DNA of 58,358 nt, from assembly GCA_048772705.1 (NCBI GenBank), contig JBLWGC010000007.1, positions 1 through 58,358 of the forward strand. Direction: 5' to 3'. This DNA comes from Leidyana gryllorum EB-2025a (lineage: Eukaryota; Protista; Apicomplexa). A program made the translations under genes and the position numbers. Positions 20,923 to 32,007 of the stretch are shown here, piece after piece; positions within the stretch are counted from its first letter, which is position 1, and each line of letters begins with the position of its first letter. Below the pieces are notes generated by a model that was given only the letters and a program-made list of their open reading frames with translations, was not told the origin of the DNA and ran no database searches.

Positions 20923-21312
20923 ATGCATCGTCTGACCCTTTTGGCATTCCTCCTGCCCGGCCTGTTGGCGGACTCGTGTCAGCCGAGCGCAATTTCACGT
21001 CCGTCACCGGGGGAATGCGATTGTGGAGATGGAAACGAAATCATTCCAAGTCTGCCAGAAGCAGTGGAAACCCCCAGCACCAGCACCACCCGACCCACAA
21101 CGGCGGCCACCACGGCTGCGACGACTACTGCGTCTTCTTCAGGTGGAGCTCGATGCGTAGGGATTGACGAGTGGGTACCCAATGTTCCCTACTGGGGAGG
21201 ACAGAAGGCTCAATATCGCGGATATTTGTACACAGCGAAATGGTGGACCTTGCAGGAGCCCTCTGCGTCCGCTTTCGAATGGAATGTGGACGGCGTCTGT
21301 TCCAGTGCTTAG
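20923..21312 (+). CDS. Small secreted protein: signal peptide, Thr-rich linker, C-terminal ChtBD3 (CBM5/12) chitin-binding domain
   Basis: MHRLTLLAFLLPGLLA; TTAATTAATTT; EWVPNVPYWGGQKAQYRGYLYTAKWWT..EP..W flanked by two Cys. Confidence 0.85.
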   Translation: MHRLTLLAFLLPGLLADSCQPSAISRPSPGECDCGDGNEIIPSLPEAVETPSTSTTRPTTAATTAATTTASSSGGARCVGIDEWVPNVPYWGGQKAQYRGYLYTAKWWTLQEPSASAFEWNVDGVCSSA

Positions 21313-21394
21313 ATGCGTCCGGAATTGAACATTACAAACAATCGTACACACAATGCTAGCTATACTTGTCGATGTAAAGAAACGATCTAATCAA

Positions 21395-23815
21395 TCAGTC
21401 ACGCATGGCGAGATCATCATCATCTTCCTCCTCAGCCTCCTCGTCCTCTTGGATGGGGCCCTCCATAAACTTGAATCGTTTACGTTGAGGCCCATCCCAC
21501 ATCATCGTGCCCATATGCACCATATTGTCAACGAGTTCTTCCACCAGACCGACTGGAAGGTCCTCCTGTTGGGCTTCTGCCAGCGCACTCTTGAAGTTGA
21601 TCCAGCTTCCGGGTCCAGTACGTCCCCGCGCCTTAGTTCTATCTAAACGTTTCAACATATCCATCATGCGGCTGCGGTCACGGCTACCCAGATCTTCGGG
21701 GGCAGAAACATCTGCTGCTGCGCGCGCCCCGAGAATGCTTTGTTTGCTCGCCTGACAAAGTCGGAGGGCTTCGTGGAAATCGCTGGGTAATATCTCGTCG
21801 CTGAACCGGAGCCGTGCCAATGCTTGAGACATTCGCAACAGACCAAACAGAGTCCGGGGAGTGGTGTAGGTGGACTCCTCGTGAGATCCGCGGGATTGTC
21901 GATCGATCCGGCGAAGGTCGACATAGTGCTCTCCGATCTCATCGGCCAACTCACGAGACATTTTGGGAATATAGTTCTTTGCGCGAGCGACCAAAGCTCG
22001 GATCTGACGGTTAGTCAATGGCTTGAAACTCTCACCCTCTCCGGTCTCAATATCATCGATTCGGTGATCTTTGTGGATTTTGAGGAGATATCGAGCCATA
22101 TTCAGATCCTTCTCGTAAGTACCGCCCTGATCCAGCAGCAAGAACACTATATCGAAACGACTCAGTAAGGCGGCTGGTAACCCAATGTTCACCACAGCGC
22201 TCTTCGTAATGTCATATCGCCCAAACACAGGATTCGCGGCCGCCAATATCGTCGTTCGGGCGTTCAGTGTTGCCACCAATCCGGCTTTGCTGATACTCAC
22301 AGTCTGCTGTTCCATCACCTCGTGAATGGCAGTTCGGTCACTCTCTTGCATCTTGTCAAACTCATCCACGCAACAAACTCCATTGTCAGCCAGCACGATA
22401 GCACCGCCCTCCAGCGCGAACTCCCCCGTCACAGGATCCTTCGTCACTGACGCTGTCAAACCCACACCGCTCGCTCCTTTGCCACACGTAAAGTGGGCGC
22501 GAGGTGCCACACTGCACACTCGCAGTAGCAATTGACTCTTTGCGATACCCGGATCACCCATCAATAAAATATGGATGTCACCACGAATCTTCAGTCCGTC
22601 CCCGTGACACTCAGTCGCACCCCCCACCAGCTGCAGCAACAGAGCCTTCTTGACATCGTCATGACCGTGGATAGCCGGCGCCAAACTCGCTGCCATCTTG
22701 CTGTACAAGTCGGGGGTGTCGCGGATGATCGCGTTGATCTCTGCAGACGCTGCTTCTTGCGCCATTTCAGCCGTCTCGTATACACTGCGATGAGCCTCAA
22801 CGTAGTGCACCTCCATCACTGTGGGACTGGCTTGACTAGCCTTGGGATGCCGATATCCTCTCTCAACCACAGGTAAAAATACGCCGCCAACAGTCACTGC
22901 CATCCCAGGGGCAACGGTCTTACACAACTCGCCTTGCAGAACAATCTTCAGTTGTCGCGGAATAGCTCCCGGAGGCACCAAGTGGGGCAACTCCTGAATC
23001 CGAGCCTCCTGCCGCTTCACGAATTTGCTATCACGACTGCTCATCACCAGAGTATCTCCTCTCCGAGCAGTCTTACAAGACTGGCTGGTACAACTCGTCA
23101 GGGGCGTGAAAGTGGGAGCGTCAATGTGCTGAAACTCGTAGTGACCACACTCCTCGCACCGATACACCGCAACCTTCAAAGATGGCTTCACCGTCGACAC
23201 TTTCGATACGATACCATCAATCTTGCTCAACCCACCAACATGGTGAGCTCGCAAATTGTGAATCGCCACGGCGGTCTGTTTGACCGGGGGTAGCAAGCGA
23301 ATCTCGTAAGGAACCCGATACGACATTGGTAACTTCAACGCATTGTTCAGTCGTTCTTGCATCTGGTTTTCAATCTCATCGACTCCACATGTACTGTTCG
23401 GGAAGTACTCGGAACGAATGCCTTCTACAACTTCGTACAGAAGAGCTAATGACCGTTGCGTATTCGTGATTACAGTGTTAATCACATCTGCACCCTTGTC
23501 GACTTCATTGGGGTTGTAGTGATATGTTCCGTCGGGATGGCCAAAGAAGGATAAGATATCATCTGCCTTGATCTCGAGAACTTTGTCTCCTTTAGAAAGC
23601 TTCTCTATACCATTGAGGTAGGGGGTGGCCCTCTGCTGACTTTGGGTCTTGTTCACCTTCCCGGCAGGGGTCTCCCCATCAACTGCAAACTCCACCAGAA
23701 AGTCTCGGAGCTTGCGTTTTTGAGCAGCATAATTGCCCACTGCCCGTACAAAAGCCGCAGGATTCACATGACCTGTGATCACGCGCGAGGCCGCGGCCGG
23801 AGGTCGTTGACTCAT
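21395..23815 (-). CDS. MCM7: DNA replication licensing factor MCM7
   Basis: C4 Zn finger, RGDIHILLMGDPGIAKSQLL, VDEFDKM, AALLSRFD; KFVKRQEARIQE..VPPGAIPR is MCM7-type. Confidence 0.93.
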   Translation of the reverse strand: MSQRPPAAASRVITGHVNPAAFVRAVGNYAAQKRKLRDFLVEFAVDGETPAGKVNKTQSQQRATPYLNGIEKLSKGDKVLEIKADDILSFFGHPDGTYHYNPNEVDKGADVINTVITNTQRSLALLYEVVEGIRSEYFPNSTCGVDEIENQMQERLNNALKLPMSYRVPYEIRLLPPVKQTAVAIHNLRAHHVGGLSKIDGIVSKVSTVKPSLKVAVYRCEECGHYEFQHIDAPTFTPLTSCTSQSCKTARRGDTLVMSSRDSKFVKRQEARIQELPHLVPPGAIPRQLKIVLQGELCKTVAPGMAVTVGGVFLPVVERGYRHPKASQASPTVMEVHYVEAHRSVYETAEMAQEAASAEINAIIRDTPDLYSKMAASLAPAIHGHDDVKKALLLQLVGGATECHGDGLKIRGDIHILLMGDPGIAKSQLLLRVCSVAPRAHFTCGKGASGVGLTASVTKDPVTGEFALEGGAIVLADNGVCCVDEFDKMQESDRTAIHEVMEQQTVSISKAGLVATLNARTTILAAANPVFGRYDITKSAVVNIGLPAALLSRFDIVFLLLDQGGTYEKDLNMARYLLKIHKDHRIDDIETGEGESFKPLTNRQIRALVARAKNYIPKMSRELADEIGEHYVDLRRIDRQSRGSHEESTYTTPRTLFGLLRMSQALARLRFSDEILPSDFHEALRLCQASKQSILGARAAADVSAPEDLGSRDRSRMMDMLKRLDRTKARGRTGPGSWINFKSALAEAQQEDLPVGLVEELVDNMVHMGTMMWDGPQRKRFKFMEGPIQEDEEAEEEDDDDLAMRD

Positions 23816-24357
23816 TACTATTGAATTATGTCTGAAATAGGGTTTTTGTGTATGTCTGACACACGTGTGTGCTGGACGCTCGACGGAGACACAATATGTC
23901 GAAGACGGAGGAAGTGCCGCGCAACTTGACTATATCAAATGTTAGAGACGACGAATGGATAGACCACACCACAGACTATGGCATCAGCATGGTTTACAGT
24001 CCTCAATATTCAGACAGTGATTATGTCTACAGGTAGGGCAGACCTCAGCAAAGCGCGCGTTCGACACTACCCTCAGACATATCCGATGTTCGTCCAGACT
24101 GTTTAAGCTAGTTAGACAACACATGGCCAGCTCTGGCAGCCCCCTGCTTTCCGTTGAGATACTGACCAAACAGATAGGCATTGCAATGAGTTTGGATTGG
24201 GAACATTACCTGACACACACGTGGGTAGAAAAGCTTAAAGCCGCCCTCCATCCATTCATTCATTTCTCCTCATTCAGGCGATCAAAAGTGCTGCTCTTCC
24301 GTCGCAAAAGGCGAGACACATCCTGAACCTACTCCTTGCACTTAAATCAGTCTTTGA

Positions 24358-25743
24358 TCAATTCTGTTTGCCTTTGGTCCACTTGAGGAAGCGGACGTCT
24401 CCGAGAATTCTGAGTGTCAAGATTGATCAGACAGCGTTTGTGGATCTTCCTACCTCGGGTCTCTGCGGTTTCGCACTGCCATACACAGTCCGACCACAAA
24501 GAACAACGATCCCAAAGTCACGAAAATGACTCCTAGGAAGGGATTCTTGCCCCCTAGCCAGCTAGTTGTTGAGAGTACCAGAAACTTCCTGCCGCCGAAA
24601 TAACCAACAGGATAACCTGAAAGCCAGAGTCAACGTCGAAGACACGGTGCTCAAATCTGTCGATCTTACGATTCATGACATCTACAACAGCAGGAAGTTC
24701 AACGTCATCATCTATCCGAGCGTACAGCTTTCTGTGGTGGTTAGATATGATCTTTCGATGCCGGATAGGGTCTCTTACCGGAAGTTCGGTAGTGCGGCAT
24801 TGCGCATCCAGACCATGAAATGTGGATTTTCCATCTTGCCTGGGAAGATGTCTTCATCCAACCATTGGTCCAGCTTCTGCAAAGCGGGATTGTCATCTCC
24901 TTCGGGATTTTTGAACCGCGTCCGCATAGTCGCTGGCCACACGATATCATCTATTGCATCGTGTAATCTGCGAGGTTGATATGGAGAGGATGAGCATTGC
25001 GCACGGATCTGACTGAGCTCACTGATAGTAATTAGTGGCCGAACTACGTAAGCTGAAGGTGTCATTGAAGACGGAGCGTGCAGCGAGGCCGCAAGGAGTC
25101 AATATTCGGTAACCGTCATCTGACATGAGGGCAGGCTCACAATCTGACAAGCGAGAGGCGTCGATAATGATCTCGCCTCTTTGAAGATTATGGATGGCAC
25201 GTGGATATGGCATTGAATGTCTCACTGAAGTTGAGCATTACTTCGGCTGAGCATATATCGTCGATGGTTCTGGTAGAATTTGGTGAGTGAGTAATACATA
25301 TAGACAGGTGCCGGTATGGTGACTCTGCCGGAGTTGTCAGTTCGTAGATTGCTTCCTCGGCAGTCAGTGGGGAGGAGATTGAGGTTTAGTAAACATCCAC
25401 CTGTTCCCAAGCAGTCTGGCTCGGGGTCGGCGTAGTTGACCTGTGGGCTGTTTGACGCTTGTTACTGGTTTCAGTGGGCTCACGACGCATTCAACGACTC
25501 CGTTGCTGGTCTGTATGAGGACGACGCCTGGGTGTAAGTGTGAGTAGTTGGTGGGAAAGATTTACCAAGTGCAATGAAGCCAATGCCGAGTATCGCAAGG
25601 GCTATAGTCATCCATCGTGGGGCGAGTACGGGTTGCCAGGCAGATATCCTTTGTTGGGCGAAGGCGGTGTTTCTGACACCGCCCATCTCCTGGTCGGACT
25701 TTCCCTTGGTACTTCCGCCCTCATTGGCACCTTTTGTTGACAT
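24358..25743 (-). CDS. CDC50: LEM3/CDC50 family flippase beta subunit (multi-exon)
   Basis: FAQQRISAWQPVLAP, YYSLTKFYQNHRRY..SRSNAQL, PCGLAARSVFNDTF, ENPHFMVWMRNAALPNFR, WLGGKNPFLG; several short introns. Confidence 0.92.
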
Positions 25744-25787
25744 ATGGAGAGTTGGTTAGAACAGAAAAATCACTATCTAAGTGGGTA

Positions 25788-26633
25788 TTATGATGTCGAT
25801 TCAGGGTGGAGCTGAAGAGCATTTGCTCGGATGTTGAAGGGACCTTTCTCATTTCCTAGGGTCTTTCCATCATGTCCAGCTACGCCTGCATCAGCAATGA
25901 GGGTGGCATTGTGATTATTTCGGCCGTCATTGGTGACCAAAGCCACGTGGGCTGGATGAATGTTTTGGCTGAGCTCTTCTTCTGGGGTTGCTGCGATGTC
26001 ATTGGAATTTCTGTACTCAAGAGCTCCGAATTTGCTTCCAACGGGAACTGCTGCTATATCGTGTACCCTGACTTGGACATTGGGCAATCCCTCCTCTTCG
26101 TGATTCTGTCTCTGAATGATGGCCACAGCTTTGGCCGTCTTGTCGAGGCGATCGAGCGCCACGGTTTTGGGGTTTCCCGTGTAACCGGGAGAGTAGCTAC
26201 CAGCTAAAGCGCTGTCTCGCGAAAGTTGGGCGACGAGCAAGTTTTGCGGTGTGGGCCCTTGAAGCTGTTTGTAAGACTCGGGATCCAAGTGGCAATTAGC
26301 AGCAACTGAAAGTCGGCCGTCCTTTGCCCTCCGAACCACTGAGGCTCCGACTGTGGGCAATACCTGGGCCGGCAGCGCAGCTCCTGCGAGCGCGGCATTC
26401 AAATATTGGGTTCCAGTCACTTTCCGGAATCTCGACGTCCACTGGGTGGCAGCTTGGGTCGCGGGGGGGGGGTTCCTCGGCTGGTCTTGTGCACTGGTGA
26501 AGGAGTCCTCATCGAACCCCGACGCGCTCGCAGCCCCCGAAAAGAGGCTCTCTGCCGCAATTAACACTCCACTTGCAGTCTGAGACTGTCCCTTGTGTGA
26601 CGACTTGGGTTTGACCCGTACTGCTCCTGCCAT
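25788..26633 (-). CDS. Hypothetical protein, paralogue of 29308-30135
   Basis: ATG at 26633 (MAGAVRVKPKSS); shares the N-terminus and an RLSVAA..D..LQ.PT..LV.Q motif with the 29308-30135 ORF. Confidence 0.7.
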   Translation of the reverse strand: MAGAVRVKPKSSHKGQSQTASGVLIAAESLFSGAASASGFDEDSFTSAQDQPRNPPPATQAATQWTSRFRKVTGTQYLNAALAGAALPAQVLPTVGASVVRRAKDGRLSVAANCHLDPESYKQLQGPTPQNLLVAQLSRDSALAGSYSPGYTGNPKTVALDRLDKTAKAVAIIQRQNHEEEGLPNVQVRVHDIAAVPVGSKFGALEYRNSNDIAATPEEELSQNIHPAHVALVTNDGRNNHNATLIADAGVAGHDGKTLGNEKGPFNIRANALQLHPESTS

Positions 26634-26676
26634 ACTTGTGTTAGAAATAAAATAGTTGACACTCTTTTTGGTGCAA

Positions 26677-29390
26677 ATGTCCGCCTTCGAGGAGTTGGGG
26701 GTATGTCCAGAGATCATTCAGGCAATTGAAGAAGACGGCTGGCTGCTCCCTACTCCGATTCAGGGGGAGTGTATCCCGTATATACTCAACGTAAGACGAT
26801 CTGCTCTAAATCCAGACTCTTGAAGGGTGCCGACGTCTGCGCTGCCGCTGAGACTGGAAGTGGCAAAACTGGCGCCTTTGGCCTTCCGTGTCTCCAGATC
26901 GTTCACGAGACATTGAGACAGAAAGCCGTTACGACTACGGCTGCGGCCAAACCGGCTACGGTCAAACTCGGATTGGATTTGACAGACAAAGATCCCTTCG
27001 TCTTGGGGTCCCCGGACTTGACGGAGGCCAAATGTGATGAAAAATCTCGCTGGAATGGTATTCGATGTCACGGAGATATCGCCGGAGGCGCTTATCAGTT
27101 TGAGTTGGAGGTGTTGGGCGAAGGTCTCGTTCGAGTTGGAGTCAGCTCAGCCTCCGCTTCCCTCGAATTAGGAAAATGCCCCCGCGGATGGGGGTACGGA
27201 GCCACGGGGAAAAAGAGTTGGAACAACAAGTTTGAGGATTATGGCCTCCCTTTCGGCCAGGGAGATACTATCGGTGTGCTGATCGATCGAGACGCACGAA
27301 CTGTCAGTTTTGCGAAGAACGGACAGAACCTCGGGGTCGCTTTTGCACTCCCCCCACAAAGTGATGGACAGCCCTTAAAACCTCATTTGTGTGGTAAAGG
27401 ATTCCACGTTCGACTCAATTTTGGCCCATCACTCCAATATCCCATCTCTGGCTACAGCCCATTGTCGGACATCAAACCAGAGCATTCATTGAGCACAATG
27501 GCCGAAAGTGAGTTGTCTCTGTGCACTTGGAGCTCTCATCACATATGTGTGTGTCGCAGGCTTGAACAAGATTGGGGCTGGCAAACGTCATCCTCTGTGT
27601 CTGGTTCTGGAGCCCACTCGCGATCTCGCCATGCAGACTTACAACTGTATGGTCCATTTCTCCAAGTATCTCGAAGCCCCCGACATCCGAGTGACTTTGT
27701 GTGTGGGTGGCGTCGACGAGAGAAAGCAAAAGGATGAATTACAAAAAGGAGTGAGTGGGACCGCTGAGTGTCGTCACTCGAATCATTCGAATTCCACAGA
27801 CTGACATTGTGGTTGGAACGATCCCAAAGATTGGTCAATGGGAAGGTCGGAAGGAACTGTCACTGGAGAAATTGCGGTTTTTGGTTTTGGACGAAGCGGA
27901 CGATCTGATCAAAAACGATGATCGGAACAATGTTCCTCGTTTTAAGCAAATGGCGAGCCGATCCACCGGCGCCAAAGTGCAGACGCTCTTCTTCAGTGCC
28001 ACTCTGCACTCTCCAGAAGTGCGAAAAGCCATTGAGAAGCTGACGAACACACCGGTATGGGTCGATCTGAAAGGCAAACCGACCGTCCCGGAGACTGTCC
28101 ATGCCGTGGTATACACTGTCAACCCCAATAAGGTGAGTGACCACTGTCACTTCGCAGCGATGGCCTCGACAGCCACTGGCGGTGAATCCCGTAAACCCGA
28201 ACATCCGACCGGCCACCGATGGTGTGCACGCCCGCGATCAGATTACCACTCAGTCCCCAGAGTCGTTGTCTGAGAAAGTCAAGTTGCAAAAGATGCAACT
28301 GGCAGTGTATATCGCCGACACTCTCAAGATGGAGAGCTGTATGATATTCTGCCGAACGAACGTCGATTGCAATAACTTCGAGACCTATCTGAACGCATTG
28401 GGGGGGAGCAAAGGATTCGCCGGTAAAGTCGAGGGAGGCAAAGAGAATCCCTACAGCTGTGTTGTGTTGGCGGGAATGCGAGAGCAATCGGAGAGAATAA
28501 TGAATTTGAAACACTTCAAAGACGGCGACGTTCGCTTTCTCATCTGTACCGATGTCGCGGCACGCGGAATTGATATAAAGGAACTCCCTTTCCTCATCAT
28601 GTTGACTCTGCCCGATGAGTCCGATCAATGGTTCCACAGAGTCGGCCGTGTTGGTCGCGCTGATAATATGGGTCTCGCAATCTCGTTGGTCAGCACCGTC
28701 AAGGAGAAGGTGTGGTATCACAAATGTAACAACCGCGGCCAAGGATGCACTAACACTCGTCTAACTACTCAGGGCGGCTGCTGTATTTGGTATGATGAGC
28801 CGTCGTACTTCAAAGGTGGGCTCGAAAACGTCCTCTCCCACAGAAGAAATTCTCGCGCAGCTTTGGAAGAGAAACTCGGGTTCGCTCTCCCTCAAATGAA
28901 CCCCGCCACACTCAGTGTGCCCGGAATCCTCGATATGGGAAAACGCGTTGACGCCGGGGGTAAAACCGAAGAGAAAGGTGGGTGGCTTGACAGCGACCGT
29001 CGGTTCGACCGACCGTTATCTGTTCCCAAGTCTCCGTGTGTGTGTGTCTGTGTGTGGGGGTGTGTGTGGGTGTGGGTGTGAGTGCGTGTGCGTGTCTCTC
29101 TCTCACTCTCTCACTCCCCTCCTCCCCCCCTCCCCCAGCGTTCGCTCTCTCCCCCAACGGTTGTTGCAGACAAAGAGAGGAAGCTGAAGGCTTTGCGAGT
29201 TGGGGCATCGAAAGCGGGCGGCGCTACGGTTGAAGATAAGGGAGAAATTCGAGGAGCAATGATTATGTATGGGAAAGCTCGCAATGATGTGACGACCCAA
29301 GAAACTGTCAAGAGAACAGAAGCCCTTTTGGCCGCAGCCCAGGAACTAGCATCTTTGGAGGCAAATCTTCAGGCCCAGTACGTGGCATGA
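26677..29390 (+). CDS. DDX1: DEAD-box helicase DDX1 with SPRY insertion (multi-exon)
   Basis: [29 protein letters not shown] domain, [43 protein letters not shown]. Confidence 0.95.
29035..29140. repeat. GT/CT microsatellite in the last DDX1 intron
   Basis: gtgtgtgtgtgtctgtgtgtgggggtgtgtg...ctctctctcactctctc. Confidence 0.85.
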
Positions 29391-30135
29391 GCCTCTCGCT
29401 CTCGGTGTGAAGATTCAGTTTGGGGGGTCCCGTCTGCCCCACCAAGTAGGCATGTTGAGATCCACTGGGCAGTTGCCACAAAGCTCTGGAGAACTGGCGG
29501 TCTTCTGAACAGCTGGAGGCTTTTTGGCTGTGAGGGTCGACTCGGAGTTGTGCCTTAATGATGCCGTCTCCTTCTGCTGGTGCTGGAGGAAGAGGCGTGC
29601 CGAGTGCCACAACGTTGTTGACACTCGAGGCTTCCATAGGAATGTCACACTCCTGCATTCCGCGATTGTCCATTGTGACAAAGTGAGTCACGGAACCATT
29701 GGGGTTGATGACCTGTGTAGCGCTGACTCCGCGCTCAACCACAACCGGCTTGTGACGAATCTTGTGACTTCGGGACGCTACCGACTGACCGACCAACGCG
29801 CCTCGGGAGGTGGGAGGCTGAAGCGCGGTCTCGTCAGTGGTCGCTTGTGCCGCCACACTCAGTCTCTGCTTGCCGTCAGGTCCGCTCGCGCCGAGCCCGT
29901 AGAGTTTCACTGAAATACGAGACCTCGGGCGGCTGGAGGAGGTTTGTCCCACTTGTCTCGCCGAAATTAGAACTTGAGAGTGATCAGTGTTGGTTTTGAT
30001 CGAAGCCCCCGTAGACGTTAGAGCATCGCTCCATGTTGGTGTGAGAGTGAAAGCCAACACCGCTCCTCCGGCTGCTGCTGCTGCTGCTTTGGACTTGGGG
30101 GACGAGGTGGGAGTGACTCGCACAGCTGAACCCAT
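29308..30135 (-). CDS. Hypothetical protein, paralogue of 25788-26633
   Basis: ATG-started 275-aa ORF MGSAVRVTPTSSPK...QRLSVAAQATTDETALQPPTSRGALVGQ; 3' end overlaps DDX1. Confidence 0.65.
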   Translation of the reverse strand: MGSAVRVTPTSSPKSKAAAAAAGGAVLAFTLTPTWSDALTSTGASIKTNTDHSQVLISARQVGQTSSSRPRSRISVKLYGLGASGPDGKQRLSVAAQATTDETALQPPTSRGALVGQSVASRSHKIRHKPVVVERGVSATQVINPNGSVTHFVTMDNRGMQECDIPMEASSVNNVVALGTPLPPAPAEGDGIIKAQLRVDPHSQKASSCSEDRQFSRALWQLPSGSQHAYLVGQTGPPKLNLHTESERLMPRTGPEDLPPKMLVPGLRPKGLLFS

Positions 30136-30211
30136 ATTTTTTTGTGTCGTGAATTGTGATAAGGAGAAGGTGAAAACCAGATTCGTGTGATATATAAAGT
30201 AACAATGTTTC

Positions 30212-31965
30212 TCAATCTATGTGATGCGGCGCTACAGTGGGCCTCCAGACTCCTCCCTGTTGCAAAAAAGGGTAGTCCAATCGAACCGAATATCGAACAC
30301 TCACTGGTAGGAACGACTGGCTCATCTGAGACACCTTGAAGTAGTCACCCTTGTTCAAGAAGGTCTCTGCCAGCCAGAAAGTTGCAGCTAACTGAGCCAG
30401 ACAACTCATGTGAAAGAAGAACGCGTGTCTCCAGTAGGGCTTGCACAGACTCGTCAGCAGGAGCAAGCAGGGGAACGCCAGGAAGTATAGCGAGGCCGGC
30501 AGGAGCATACGCCGCAGGAAGCGGTCAGTCGCTCCCGGAGTACGCGGATCACTCCGAGTCTTATGCCAGCACACCAGAAACAGTCCCCACAAACAGAATC
30601 GGAAGACTACCAGCACCCAACCAACAGCCCCTTCAGATGCGTAGTACTTAAACCGACTGTCCGACACGTATTTATCTAACACCACCTGCCAAACAGCACA
30701 GTCAATTGTGAAAGGACAGGAGAAGAGTCACCCGGGGAGAGGGAAGAGAGGAGTCCCCTCTCAAGGGCTGTAAATAGACACAAACGTACCGTAGCTACAT
30801 GAGCGAGAGCCACCATCAGACCAATGGCGGAGCAGAACGAGAGGGGGATGTGCTCGGGGGCGTTCAAGGTGACGCCCAGCCCGATGAGAATGAGGCAACT
30901 GCTGATGGCAACTTGACTCAACATCAGACCTGTCTCCGCCAAACCCTCCAAGAGCGGCCACTGCAAACCCGTCTGTGAGACCTTGAAGATATGGATCACT
31001 TGGAGGATGTTGCCACAAATGGCAACGACCAACGCTCCATTAAGTACTTGACACATAATGTGCAGTTTGAACCGTTGGTTCTTCATCACCTTCCCCTGTT
31101 TGGCTATCATGTATCCCAACAGTGCTGTGTTCAACAACAACTGCACAATATTCCATTTGATCATTCCAACGTGCTCGAAACTCAGATGGGAACCGTCAGC
31201 CTGGAAGATCTCCATCTCGTAAAATAGTTCATAATCGTCAAAGTCCTCCGGCTTCGCGTTAGCAGCCTTAGCCAATTGCTCGGTGATACTGTTCCGACAG
31301 TCCTCAGCGAAAAAGTACCAAAAGTGCGGCCGGTAAGTTTGGCGGAACGTGTTCTCGGACCAGCCTGCACAACCACATTGATATAGATCATTCGACAACT
31401 ATCGAACATCGAACTACAAGACACACAGCCACGGGTGATCACAGATCGCTAGGCCGCACAACGTCCAGCACGTTGCTTGGACCGACCACCAGGGAGACAG
31501 CGCCGAAGAGAGGAGTGTGTTCGACACACACGTCATTACCACCGCACGCATGATGCGCTTACTGCCAAGAGTGCCATTTAGAGGAACTTGGAGAGTCGTC
31601 CGCCCCCGGGCGAGCTCAGCTCGGTCACAAGCCGCCATGTCATGTGATTTGTCCCATTCGTCATCCAGCACCACTCGGATGACCATCTTGGCGGGAGGTG
31701 ATTTTTGCAGAACATCAACACCAGACTTATAGCCAGCGGCTTCGATCACTTTCGATTTGGCCCACGCTATGAGCGCAAAAGGGCTCCTTACACCAGCTCT
31801 CACGCGGTATCTGCATTCGCCGATAGAGCAGGCGAACTGGGTTATGTAGTGCACACGATCGTGGCGTTTGGTGGGAGAGACCTTGAAGGACCCACTGACG
31901 ACTTTGGCTTGGGTTTGTACTACGAAACACAGAAGCACTCCCAGGAGGAGCCGCCAGATTCGCAT
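30212..31965 (-). CDS. GPR180/TMEM145-like (intimal thickness-related receptor family) 7TM protein (multi-exon)
   Basis: Signal peptide MRIWRLLLGVLLCFVVQTQA-KVVSG; RPHFWYFFAEDC, DGSHLSFE, multiple TMs, YFKVSQMSQSFLP. Confidence 0.8.
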
Positions 31966-32007
31966 CTTTGTCCGCGAAACAAATTTCGAACGAACACTGC
32001 ACCTCTC

